Assembly (NCBI RefSeq): GCF_000019345.1
Contig: NC_010503.1
Coordinates: forward strand, 180,001 to 212,000
Direction of reading: 5' to 3'
Origin: Ureaplasma parvum serovar 3 str. ATCC 27815
Lineage (GTDB): Bacteria; Bacillota_I; Bacilli_A; Mycoplasmatales; Mycoplasmoidaceae
Length of the DNA stretch: 32,000 bases
The stretch's first letter is position 1. Each line of letters opens with the position of its first letter. The position numbers were made by a program, and so were the translations under genes. Below are positions 21,923 through 31,968 of the stretch, in pieces. The notes beneath the pieces are model-generated. The model had not been told where the DNA came from. It worked only from the letters and a program-made list of their open reading frames with translations, and searched no databases.

Positions 21923-24900
21923 TTACTCCACTAATTCAATTGTTTTTAATTTAATGGTTTTTGATTTAATACAGTTATTTGTCTCTAATTCTTTAATAAC
22001 ATCGCTTAAATCAAATGGTGTTGTTTTAAATAAACGTCGTTCGTTATCTTCGCCTTTAAACTCATCAATTGGTTTATTATTTTTACTTATTTCTTTTTCA
22101 TTACCCCTATCATCAATATAAATATTTGCCTTATTAGCATCGCTTAAATCAAATGGTTTTTCAATTTTATAAGTTGGTAAATAATTTGAAACTAAACGAT
22201 AATTAACACGATTAGTTGGCTCGATACTATAAACAATATCTTTTGTTGTACTTTCATAATCTTTTAATTCAATTTTAAATGTGTTTTCATTAATTTTAGT
22301 TAAGATAATATATTTGTTTTCATTTGGTTTAACACTAACAGATATATTCTCTTTATTATCAACAACAGAATTAACACTAAATTCTTGATTAATAGCTACA
22401 AGATTAAATTCTAATTTATCATCAACTTCACCTAAATTAATATGTATTGAACTATTGTTTGGTTTTGAAATTAGTAAATCATAAACATCAGCTTTAATAC
22501 TAAATGTACTAATTGTTGATTTTTTATTTGGTGTGTTTAAATCTACTGCATAATTACCACCATATTTTAATTTATTATCTTTTGTTAGTTCAAAACCAAC
22601 AAAGTTATTAGCTGATTGAAAACTATTATCAACGTTAAACTGATTTGTTCATCCTTTCTGTATCCAATTACTTTCAATCTCAAATGTTAGTTTTAAATTA
22701 CGTTTTGTTTTATTAACTGAACCTAAATTTAACCATTCACGATAATTAAAATCTCATTTAAACACAAAACTATAAGCAATAACTTTATTAGCAACAATTA
22801 CATCACTTAAATTACTTCCACCAAATAAATAATTTAGTTTATTAGTATATGAACCATAACCAAATAGATTTGCTAATTTAGAACTGTCTGGTTCATAAAA
22901 ATAAAAGCGTGGTTTTCTATATTGCGTAGCACTTAATAATGAATTATCGCCCACTTTATATAATGTTTCATTAATTGTTTGTAAACTTGCATTAACTCCA
23001 TCATCACTATTTGTTTTAGTATTTTTTAAAAAATCAGTTTCAACTGGTGGCTTTGGATAACTTAGTTTAGTTCCAACTGAATTAATCTCATCAAGCGTTG
23101 AAAAATTAATATAGTTGCTTCATTGACTCATATCATCAGTATATTTTCCATTGCTTTCAAAAATCGCTTCGTACACGTTTTTAAATTCGTCTTTTAATCG
23201 TGCATCTGGTGAATAAAAGCCACTAAAAGCTGTTAGTTTAATATCACACTTACCCAAGCCTTTAATATCAATCGTATCAATTACATAAGGATATTTAACA
23301 CGATTAACATCTTCACGTTTACCAGACGCTATATTAATAACAGCTGGTTCATAACTAAGCGGTGTGTTTGGTGGTAATGCTTCACAGAAACTATCTCAAT
23401 ATAAAGGTTTTTTATCTTTTCTTATATACGTACCATCACGATATGTTGTTTGTCCAATTAGTTCAGTATCAAATACTTTTAGCTCATCATCTACAAATTT
23501 AGCAAATCTATCAGTTATATCAAAATGATAACAACAAGCAATGGCTGGTATGCCAAGTGGACTAAATGTTTTAGCTGGTTTGTTAGTGAAAATATCTAAA
23601 TTAATTAAATCCGCTTTTAGTTTATTTGATACTTCTAATTCAAGCGGTAAACATGGTGCAATAAAATTAAAACCACGTGTATTTAATCAAATGTTTGACA
23701 TGTTATAACCTGTTGCGTCTTCAACTTTGGTTCAACCAGGATATAAAATATCTACAATACCACGTCTAACTTTACCTAAACTAAGTGGTGTATTATCTAT
23801 TAATTCACCAAGATTTTGACGGATTGTTTCCTTGTATGAATATGGTAAATACTTAATCAAATCATACATAAATGCATTGTGATTTAAAAACGTATGCAAA
23901 TTAGTACCAGGTGGCATTGTAATGTTGTTTAATCCAATTTTAGTTGCTTCTTTTATTTGTTCAGCTTTGGTTTTAGCAAATCCCATATTAAAAGACCATA
24001 AACCTAAATTATTTAAATTAAATCCTTGTGAAACATTACGTCCAATACTTTCAAACACTGTACTCACAACTTCACCAGCAACTTGACCAGTTACAACAGC
24101 ATCAGCTAACGGCTTTTTTTGTTCTGCATTTTCAGTTAATGATCCGCCCTTTTGTGCTCCTGTTCCACCTAATTTAAAGTTAAAAAAGCTCGCATGTATT
24201 TTAAAACCTTCATCTCATAATTTAAATGGATAACGATTGTCTTCATAACTTAGTGCGTTATTGCTTGCGTCTCATTTATGATTTAATAATAATCCACCAT
24301 TTAATTTAATATTAGCGTTATGGTCAAATGTAAAATCTTTTTGTTTTTCATACTGGTCTTTATAAATCTTTTCAATTTCAAAAAACGCATTGTATAAATA
24401 TACATAATTACTTGTTGGTGCTGATACATTAAAGAATTTAGATGCGACTGGTATTTTAGCTTTATATAGTAATAATCGCTTATTAGCACTTAACTCTCGT
24501 GTGTCATTATTATAAGTTCGTCCTGTTATTAACATACTATTTAATGCATATGGTCCATTAGTTAATAATTGAATACTTTTAACTCCTAACGGTTTTTCTT
24601 TACGTTCATCATATGTTAATTTACCATTTTGAATTACTGGTCATAAATAACCATCTCCAGGTTGACATGGTTGAATTGTTGCTAATATATCATTACCAGA
24701 TGATGTTAGTAAATCGTTAACGTTTGTTAGTGTAATTTGTGCTCCTTCATAACGTTTTGATGTTGTTGAATAAAAAGGAATGACTTCATTAACCATTAAT
24801 CATTGATTAGCTTGTGCGTGTTCATCTGGAATAATGAATAAATATTCTTTTAACATATCTGTAGTTCATTGTTTAAACTTTGCTTTATGACTAACTAAAT

Positions 24901-25405
24901 TACCTTGTTCATTTTGGTATATTTCATCTTCATAAACACTTGGATATTTAACAATTAAAGTAACTGTTGTAATTGTTTTAATAACTGTATGTTCTTTATC
25001 ATTAAAAACAATTGTAGATACATTATTTGCTTGGGAATAATTTTGTACTCATGCTTGAAAATAATAAGGTTTAAAGTTGTTTTTTAGCGTTGTATTACTT
25101 GGATCAATACGTGCGTAATCTTTACTAATGTAATTTAAACTACCTTTAAAGTTATACGTAAATGATTTATCTCAATACGCAATGATTGGCTCATTACTTG
25201 CTTTAATATTTCAAACAGTGCTAAAATCTTTGTCATTTACTAATAATGATTGTTCACCGGTGTTTGTAATTTTAATAAAACCTTTTAGTATTCTAAATGG
25301 ACATAAATGAATTGGTTTTTGGTTTGGTTCAATTAAACTATCAATGCTGTCTTCAATATTTTTTTGACTATAACCTTCAAGTTCATCTAAATAAATATTA
25401 CTCAT
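21923..25405 (-). CDS. Very large phage structural protein (1160 aa), probable tail/knob component
   Basis: One frame with code 4 joining ORFs 22754-22954, 23732-24067, 24272-24535 and 25211-25420 (all same frame). SD-like GGAGAG before ATG at 25405. Position directly after portal. Confidence 0.7.
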
Positions 25406-26762
25406 TTTCAAACTCTCCATTTTCTAGTTTTTGTTTATGTTCTAATTCTTTTACTAGTTCATCTTGTTCGGTAGGTGTAAGTTCTGGATATAATTTTTGT
25501 ACAGCTAAATTAAGTGGCATTAAATTAGCACCATATAAACTAATGACTTTTTCCATATTATCGTTGTAATCTTTAATTAAATTACTAATAATTTTAAATT
25601 CAACATATTGATCAAACTCTTGACGTATTAGTTTATTAACTTGTTTTTGTTCAATTGAGCTTAAACGCTTGTTACCATAACGTTTTGTTTTAAATCATGC
25701 AATCGCAATATTTTTAAAAAAATCTATTCAATCATTGGTGTATAGTTCTACTTTCATTTTTGTCGTTTCAAAAGTTGCTTTATTTAAATTAGTTGCTGTT
25801 TCGCTATTTTGATAGCTTAAACTATCGCCCATATTTCATACATAACCACAACCTTTAAAGATTAAATTTAATTTTTCAGTAATGGCTTGTAAGTGAATAC
25901 TTTCGTTAAAAGTAGATTGCATAATTTCAAATGCGTTTTTATCTGGTGTGTTTGTGTTTAATATCAGATCTGAACTCATGTACTGTATTTCATCAATTCA
26001 TTGATTACGATAAGTTTGTGCGTCATTGTGATTAATAATTGATCCAACGATTCGTGTTTTGTTTAATTCACGTTCTTTTTTAATAAAGTTTAATAAAGCA
26101 TTAGTATCATTGATTAAATCATTAACTGGATATCAATCTGGTAATTTCTCATTAATTTTATTTTCAAAGTCAATAAATGAACGATTTAAAAACTCTTTTG
26201 TGCACAATACGCCGTAGTTGTGTACGACGTTTTTGTTTTTAAAAATATCTTTAAAATACATTGGTGTAGAAACTTCAAATTCATTAAAAATAATTTTATA
26301 TACACCAGTTGAGTTATAGATTAATCGTTTAATTTCGTATGGTGTGTGTAGTTCTTTTAAACTTAAATATTCACTATCTTTCATTAACGCAATTTTACGA
26401 TAAATAGTACTGCTATACTCTTGTTGTTGATTAATCCTAATGGATTTGTTCATAGCGTTATTAATATCTGCATTAAAAATTAAAATATCATTGTTATATA
26501 TTTCAAAACCAACATAGTTAATACCATATAGTGATTTAATACGACAATCACCTTTAATTAGTTTTAGTATTTCGTTGTTTTCATTAATATTATCAATAAA
26601 TTCCATCCACTCCAAAGGTACATTATCTTTTGTTTTTAAGATAACATCATTAACAGTACTTTCTTGTGCAGTTCGTGCAATCATTTCTTTAATGTCAATG
26701 TTAATATCAAAATTAGATGGATTTCATTTACTTTTAATAATTGTATTAGTTTTAAGTGCCAT
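25398..26762 (-). CDS. Portal protein candidate
   Basis: 454-aa frame with code 4 immediately downstream of TerL; start overlaps the terL stop. Sequence includes ...[45 protein letters not shown].... Call mainly from position and general composition. Confidence 0.6.
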
Positions 26763-28197
26763 ATCTTATAGCTCCTTTTTCATTAATTGCAGGTGCTTGT
26801 GCATAAAAATATAAATGAAACGCACACATTAAATACTCCAACGCATTAATCGTATGCGTATGCTCATGACTACGCTCTTTTTTAGTATCTTCTTTAATGG
26901 TTTTTGGTAAAACAACGTAGCAATTTTTTAAGTCCTTATATAGTTTTGGACACGCATTTTTACTAAATCGCAATTTACCACTTGCAAGCATGTAATTAAC
27001 TAAAACAACACGGTCTCAAATAGCGTGTTTAATAGCAGGTGCAAAAACAAGTTCAGAACCATACATATTATATTGAAACGCAATGCGTTTAAATGTAGCG
27101 TTAAATGTTTCATAAAAATAACGCAAATGAGCATTATCAATATAAATTACAATCTTAACGTTTACTTCTTGTTGTTTTTTAATAAACCAACGCACAACTA
27201 ACTCAATTTGTTGCTCGCTTGTTAGTGGATTAACATTGTTGTTATAAACCATTTCATCTAAAATCTCAATTCCATTTTCTTTTGAAATTGAACCAAATAA
27301 GCACGCAGTATCTGATGATGAACTACTTGTTCCATCTCCCCAGTCCATACCACCAAAAAACTGCATTGCATAATTATCATATTCGCCATATGGTTCATGC
27401 ATTACGCTTAAACTTCGTGCATAAATAGCACCTTCAACACTCCCACTTAATCCCAAACTAATTACACGATATTTAGAATAATCAATATCTTTTCATCATT
27501 CAAACTGCTCAATTTCTTGTTGTGATGTAAATTTATTCGCACGATATGTACTTCTTAAAAATAATTTTTTATCTACAACGCTATATTCATAATATGGCTT
27601 TTGTTGGATTGAGAATTCGTTTTCTGCTAAATGATTATTAAAATTTTCAATATATCAGTGTTCACTTGTTCAAGGATTAGATGCAAAAATAGATACGACC
27701 TGCGTATCTTTGGTACCCCTAAGTGATTGCTGTGAGTTTTTAACTAAATTAAAATCTAATTGTGACGCTTCTTCAAAAAACGCAAAAACATAACGTGCTT
27801 GCGTTCACAAACGAAATCCAACCTTAGCACCTTTGTTAATGTTATTACGTGTCTCATTTAATGCTTCAAACATTACAGTTCAACCATTAATAATAACAGT
27901 ACGTTCTGAATGGTTAATCTTAGCAAATTTTAATAATTGCTTTTGGTCTAAAAAATTTAAATAGTCGCTAAAAATTTTTTTCGCATCAGATATATTCTGA
28001 CGAAAAACATATATTGCGTTTTGCTGTTTAATCGCAACAAGTGATGACAAAAAATCTAATGTCGCAAAAGTCTTACCACTACTTCGTCCACCTAATAAAT
28101 TAATTTCATTAAATGGTATTGGCAACTTTTTGGCTACAAACTCAACTAAATCACTATAGAAACCAAAACATTCTATAAAATCTAGTTTTATTCTCAT
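26752..28197 (-). CDS. terL: Terminase large subunit
   Basis: 481-aa frame with code 4 joining ORFs 26752-26991, 27016-27456 and 27880-28197. Walker A LLGGRSSGKT, Walker B VFAFFEEASQ, nuclease FFGGMDWGDG and VVIYIDNAH, C-terminal HTINALEYL. Confidence 0.93.
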
Positions 28198-28553
28198 AAC
28201 GATATCAAAAAGCGTTAAACTAAAAACGATTAGTCTAACCTTTTTTTATTAAAATAAAGTTTTAACTATTACATTATTTTAAGTAGCTTTAATAATAACC
28301 ACTTACCACGTAAAAACTTTTAAAAATATAATGTGGCCTACTTTTGGTTATGTCTCGTGCTTTTATCACCAAAGAGATAAGACTAATAAATAATTTTCAC
28401 ACACAGATACTTGACAAACGTGCTCTTAAAGCTAACTTTGTAGCTATTATCATACGACTTATTTTTGTAAGCGGCAATATTCAGGTGCTTTAAAAGGATA
28501 TCTAACATATCTAAAAAACGTTGCTCTTTGTTCGTTTTTTCTAGTCATAAATA

Positions 28554-28997
28554 TTATATCACATTTATAAGTTTTTTAATGGTTAATTTGTTATTATCAT
28601 CAACTTTTTCAAACGTTATTGTTGTATCTTCAATATCTGTACTTTTTTGCTCATTTGCTAACTCAAAATCTAGACGTTTAAAATATTCTTGCGTTCTAAA
28701 CTTACGCAATCCTTGGTTGTTTATTTCTTTATCATACGATGCGTTTCGTCCCAGCAACTCATTTAAAGCCATTCTAAGGCCGTAATTAGCCTTGGTAATG
28801 TATTCATACCTTTTTTTGTTAAACTCGTCTCTTTGCGTGCTTAAATTAACTCACACGCCCCAATTTATGCCTAAGAATTCAAGCAAAGCACTCAAATTAC
28901 ATAAATCTAGGTTTTTAGTAGTCATAACCAAAGTGTAAAAGTCATTGATTTTTAACTGCAGTTCTTGTAATTGTTTTAGTTCGTTTCTTTTCATCAT
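28554..28997 (-). CDS. Terminase small subunit candidate
   Basis: 147-148-aa frame with code 4, MMKRNELKQLQELQLKINDFYTLVMTTKNLDLCNLSALLEFLGINWGVWVNLSTQRDEFNKKRYEYITKANYGLRMAL...; HTH-like N-terminus, upstream of terL. Confidence 0.6.
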
Positions 28998-29383
28998 ACA
29001 AAAATTATAACCACATCGCACATAAAATTTAAATTAGATCATCGTTTAGTTTATCAATCAATAGTACAATCTAAAACGTTATCGTAAGGAAGTAGCGTAA
29101 TATACGCATATTGAGGATTATCGCAAAAGCGATAATACGAAATAGAAGTATATGAAGATACTTTCTTATGATAACTAATATCATTTTTTTAAAAGACTTT
29201 TAAAGTATATATACGATATCGTAGTCTTTTAAAAAAATATAATAAATATAAATAAGATAAGAAATAATAAATATGATGTATAAGAATAAATATACGAATG
29301 ATAATGAAGTATATTTATGAATTATATATTATATTTTTATTTTTTATTTTGTTTATATTTTAATTTATTACGCGTGAGAGAAA

Positions 29384-29427
29384 TTGACAAAAATAAATTG
29401 ACAACAATAAAAAAATGTTGTTATAAT
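29384..29427 (+). promoter_or_regulatory. Strong outward-facing sigma70-type promoter at the right end of the prophage
   Basis: TTGACA (29398-29403), 18-nt spacer, TATAAT (29422-29427); preceded by a direct repeat of AAATTGACAA (29381-29390, 29395-29404). Confidence 0.7.
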
Positions 29428-29436
29428 ATTCTTGTC

Positions 29437-29456
29437 GTTTCTAAATTGCTAGAAAC
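29437..29456. repeat. Inverted repeat next to attR
   Basis: GTTTCTA-aattgc-TAGAAAC, perfect 7-bp arms. Confidence 0.6.
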
Positions 29457-29479
29457 CAAACAACATAAGCCAAGGTTCA

Positions 29480-29494
29480 ATAATCAATATTATT
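29480..29494. repeat. attR candidate
   Basis: ATAATCAATATTATT, 7-bp core ATAATCA shared with attL. Confidence 0.75.
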
Positions 29495-30095
29495 TTTCAT
29501 TTTATCTTTTAAATCAATTTCTAAACCATTAGGATTTAATAATTGATTCTTTGTTAACGATTTATGGACAACTTGTGTTATTCCGTCTTTTTTATTAATT
29601 TCAATATCAAATGTTAATACAGGTTGATTATCTTGAAAAGAATTTAATATACTAAAATTTTGTAATTTAATGTTAATTTTTTTATTAGCTTTATCAATTA
29701 TTGTATTTAATTCTGCTTGTTGAATATATTGGTTTAATAATTCTTGTTGGTCTTCTTGTTTAAAATCAAATTTAATTTCATTATTATTTAAAGTAAATTT
29801 TGATATTTTATAGTTAATATTAGATGCTAAGCCATTTAATTTACCTGTAAGTATTTTTTTATTTGCATCAAATACTAATTCAGTAGCACTAATAGCAGAA
29901 GCGTCATCATTAGCACTATCTTTAACTTCTAAAACAAAATCTTTTTTATTAGCATCTGCTAATTTAAATTTACTAAATGTAACTTCAATAGTAGCAGTGC
30001 CGTTTTGAATTTTATTAATTGTTATTTTATTTGCAATCACTTCATCCTTTTTAGTTGATTCTGGTGTTGATGGGTTTTCTGGTACTGGTGTAGAG

Positions 30096-30144
30096 TTTTG
30101 ATTAGGAACTTGTTCAAAAGTTACTGTTTGATAATTTAAATTAT
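30096..30144 (-). repeat. Left inverted repeat of the lipoprotein switch
   Basis: 49 bp, 48/49 matching the reverse complement of 30823-30871; 41 bp exact. Confidence 0.93.
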
Positions 30145-30164
30145 AATTTATATTAACTTTAATT

Positions 30165-30184
30165 TATATATATATATATATATA
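30165..30184. repeat. (TA)10 dinucleotide tract
   Basis: Twenty consecutive alternating T/A bases, about 43 bp upstream of the predicted -35. Confidence 0.95.
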
Positions 30185-30227
30185 GAAGTAGTTAACTCCA
30201 AAAATGATAAATTTATATAATATTGTT

Positions 30228-30256
30228 TTGACAATAATTAAATAAAATTGTAAAAT
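30228..30256 (+). promoter_or_regulatory. Promoter of the MBA-like lipoprotein, inside the invertible segment
   Basis: TTGACA (30228-30233), 17-nt spacer, TAAAAT (30251-30256). Confidence 0.65.
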
Positions 30257-30416
30257 AAATTAGTAAATGTGCTAATGCATTTACAGTTTTTATGTGTCTT
30301 AAAATAAATTATATAAATAAAATTGTTTTATGTACAATATACAATGTTCTTTTTAAATTTTTACAATTAGAATAATTTAAATAACAAAAATTAATCTATT
30401 AGGAGATTATATATAA

Positions 30417-31916
30417 ATGAAATTATTAAAAAACAAAAAATTTTGAGCAATGTCATTAAGTGCGATTGCAATTAGTACAAGTATAGTTGCGTTCGCAGCT
30501 TCTTGTTCAAATACAAATATTAAATCTAAGTTAAGCAAGCAATTAGCACAAACAAAAGATCAAAAAAACCATTTTGCTGTTTATGAAATTGAAAATTATA
30601 CTAAACTAACAGATGAAGAAAAGAAGTCATTAGAAAATCTTGAGTTTGGTGTTTCTATTTTGGATAAAGATGGTAAAAATCCAATAAATATTAAAGTTAA
30701 AGGAGTTCAAAAAGAAGGTAAGATTTACGTTAAATTGCCACGCAAACCAGAAGTAAATGAAAAATTACTTGTTGTACCAACTAAAAATATTTTAAAAACA
30801 GAAGCATTAGTTTTAAATAATGATAATTTAAATTATCAAACAGTAACTTTTGAACAAGTTCCTGATCAAAAATTAGAACCAAAAGAAGAAAAACAAACTA
30901 AAGCTGTTGATTATGAAAAAGCAATTAAAGATGAAGATTATGTAAAACAAATTACATTATCTAATTTAGAAAAATATATTAGTAATGAGTATCAATATTT
31001 AAATCCAAATAATAAAACACTAGATTATAAAAATCATAGTTTTGTTCAAAAGTTTTTAGACGAAATTGATCTTTTAGCACAAAAATTAGAAAGCAACGAC
31101 CTTAATTTAGAAGATAAACAAATTTATGAAAAAATTATTTTAGGATTACGTTGATTGCTAGCAGAAGATAATAATGAAACTAAAAATAAAGCTTTAGAAT
31201 TATTTAAAGATTACTTTACAACAATCATGAAAGCAACAAAAGTAAATGATAAAGTTCATTATGATCCAAGTTTTATTAATGAATTTTATGGTTCAATAAG
31301 CAATTTGTTTGAAGAGCATGATTTAGAGCCATCAGTGGAAATTGAATCTAATAAAATCCGTATTGTTAAAGAAGATAAAGATGTAATAAAAGACAAAACA
31401 GTTACTGCAACATTTAATTTATACAATGGCTTTGACTGATCAACATTATTAAAAGATGTTGTATTTAAAGAATATAAGAAAGATAGTAATGGTAAACCAG
31501 TAATAGATGAAAAAACAAAAATGCCAATTGAAACTGATAAAATAGTTGAAGATCCTGTAGTAATGCGTTTAGAAATTGCTGAATATCCAAAAGATTGAAA
31601 CACTAGCAAAGAAAATCCTAAAAACTTTTCATATATTAACTTTAAAAAATCAGAAGTTTTAAAATCACCAAAATTAGTGTTTACTAAGGTATTTAATTTA
31701 GATAAAGAACAAAAATATCATATTAACAATGTAATGTTCAGCCATAAATTAATTCCCAATTTATTGAAAGCATTGGATATAAAAAACAATACAACTAATG
31801 CCGAATTAATTAAAAAAATTAAAGAAAATATGACTGCTATTGATGAAAAAACACAAACAAATTTAAATACAAATTACATTCCTTTGTCACTTACAGAAAC
31901 AAATAATAAAAAATAA
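30417..31916 (+). CDS. MBA-family surface lipoprotein (currently expressed orientation)
   Basis: 499-aa frame with code 4; SD AGGAG; MKLLKNKKFWAMSLSAIAISTSIVAFAASCSN lipoprotein signal peptide, close to my recollection of the Ureaplasma MBA signal peptide. Confidence 0.88.
30823..30871 (+). repeat. Right inverted repeat of the lipoprotein switch, within the coding sequence
   Basis: ATAATTTAAATTATCAAACAGTAACTTTTGAACAAGTTCCTgATCAAAA; reverse complement of 30096-30144 with one mismatch. Confidence 0.93.
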
Positions 31917-31925
31917 TTAATATAA

Positions 31926-31968
31926 AAAACTCTAGTTAGTATCTTTAAAATAACACTAGAGTTTTTTA
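31926..31968 (+). terminator. Terminator after the MBA-like gene
   Basis: AAAAACTCTAGT ... ACACTAGAGTTTTTT hairpin with U tract. Confidence 0.75.

Larger units (their letters stand above)
9012..29486. mobile_element. Integrated prophage, about 20.47 kb, containing integrase, recombination, packaging and structural modules
   Basis: Phage module content, plus 7-bp direct repeat ATAATCA at 9012-9018 and 29480-29486 within sites ATAATCACGATTATT / ATAATCAATATTATT. Deleting 9012-29479 fuses two halves of one lipoprotein ORF in frame (...KDKMKNNIDY|DVKLTNVKIANI...). Confidence 0.92.
29441..30144 (-). pseudogene. 5' part of alternative C-terminal lipoprotein cassette, promoterless and interrupted by the prophage
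   Basis: Open frame (code 4) from the inverted repeat (LNYQTVTFEQVPNQNSTPVPENPSTPESTKKDEVIANKITINKIQNG...) to the attR core, then 12 prophage-encoded residues and TAG at 29441. No signal peptide or start codon region on this side. Confidence 0.8.

Noticed and set aside
21923-25405. Multiple short late ORFs interpreted as separate or decayed genes
   Set aside because: All fragments are in one frame and are joined by UGA (Trp) codons; the gene is intact in code 4. The same applies to smc, ftsY, terL, portal, capsid and fiber.
25297-25569. 90-aa plus-strand ORF
   Set aside because: Antisense to the portal and 1160-aa structural genes; low-complexity serine/cysteine-rich translation.
30417-31916. 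Tandem-repeat variable domain as in classic MBA
   Set aside because: I see no long perfect tandem peptide repeat in the C-terminal part; only the N-terminus/signal peptide resembles MBA, so size variation by repeat number is not supported here.
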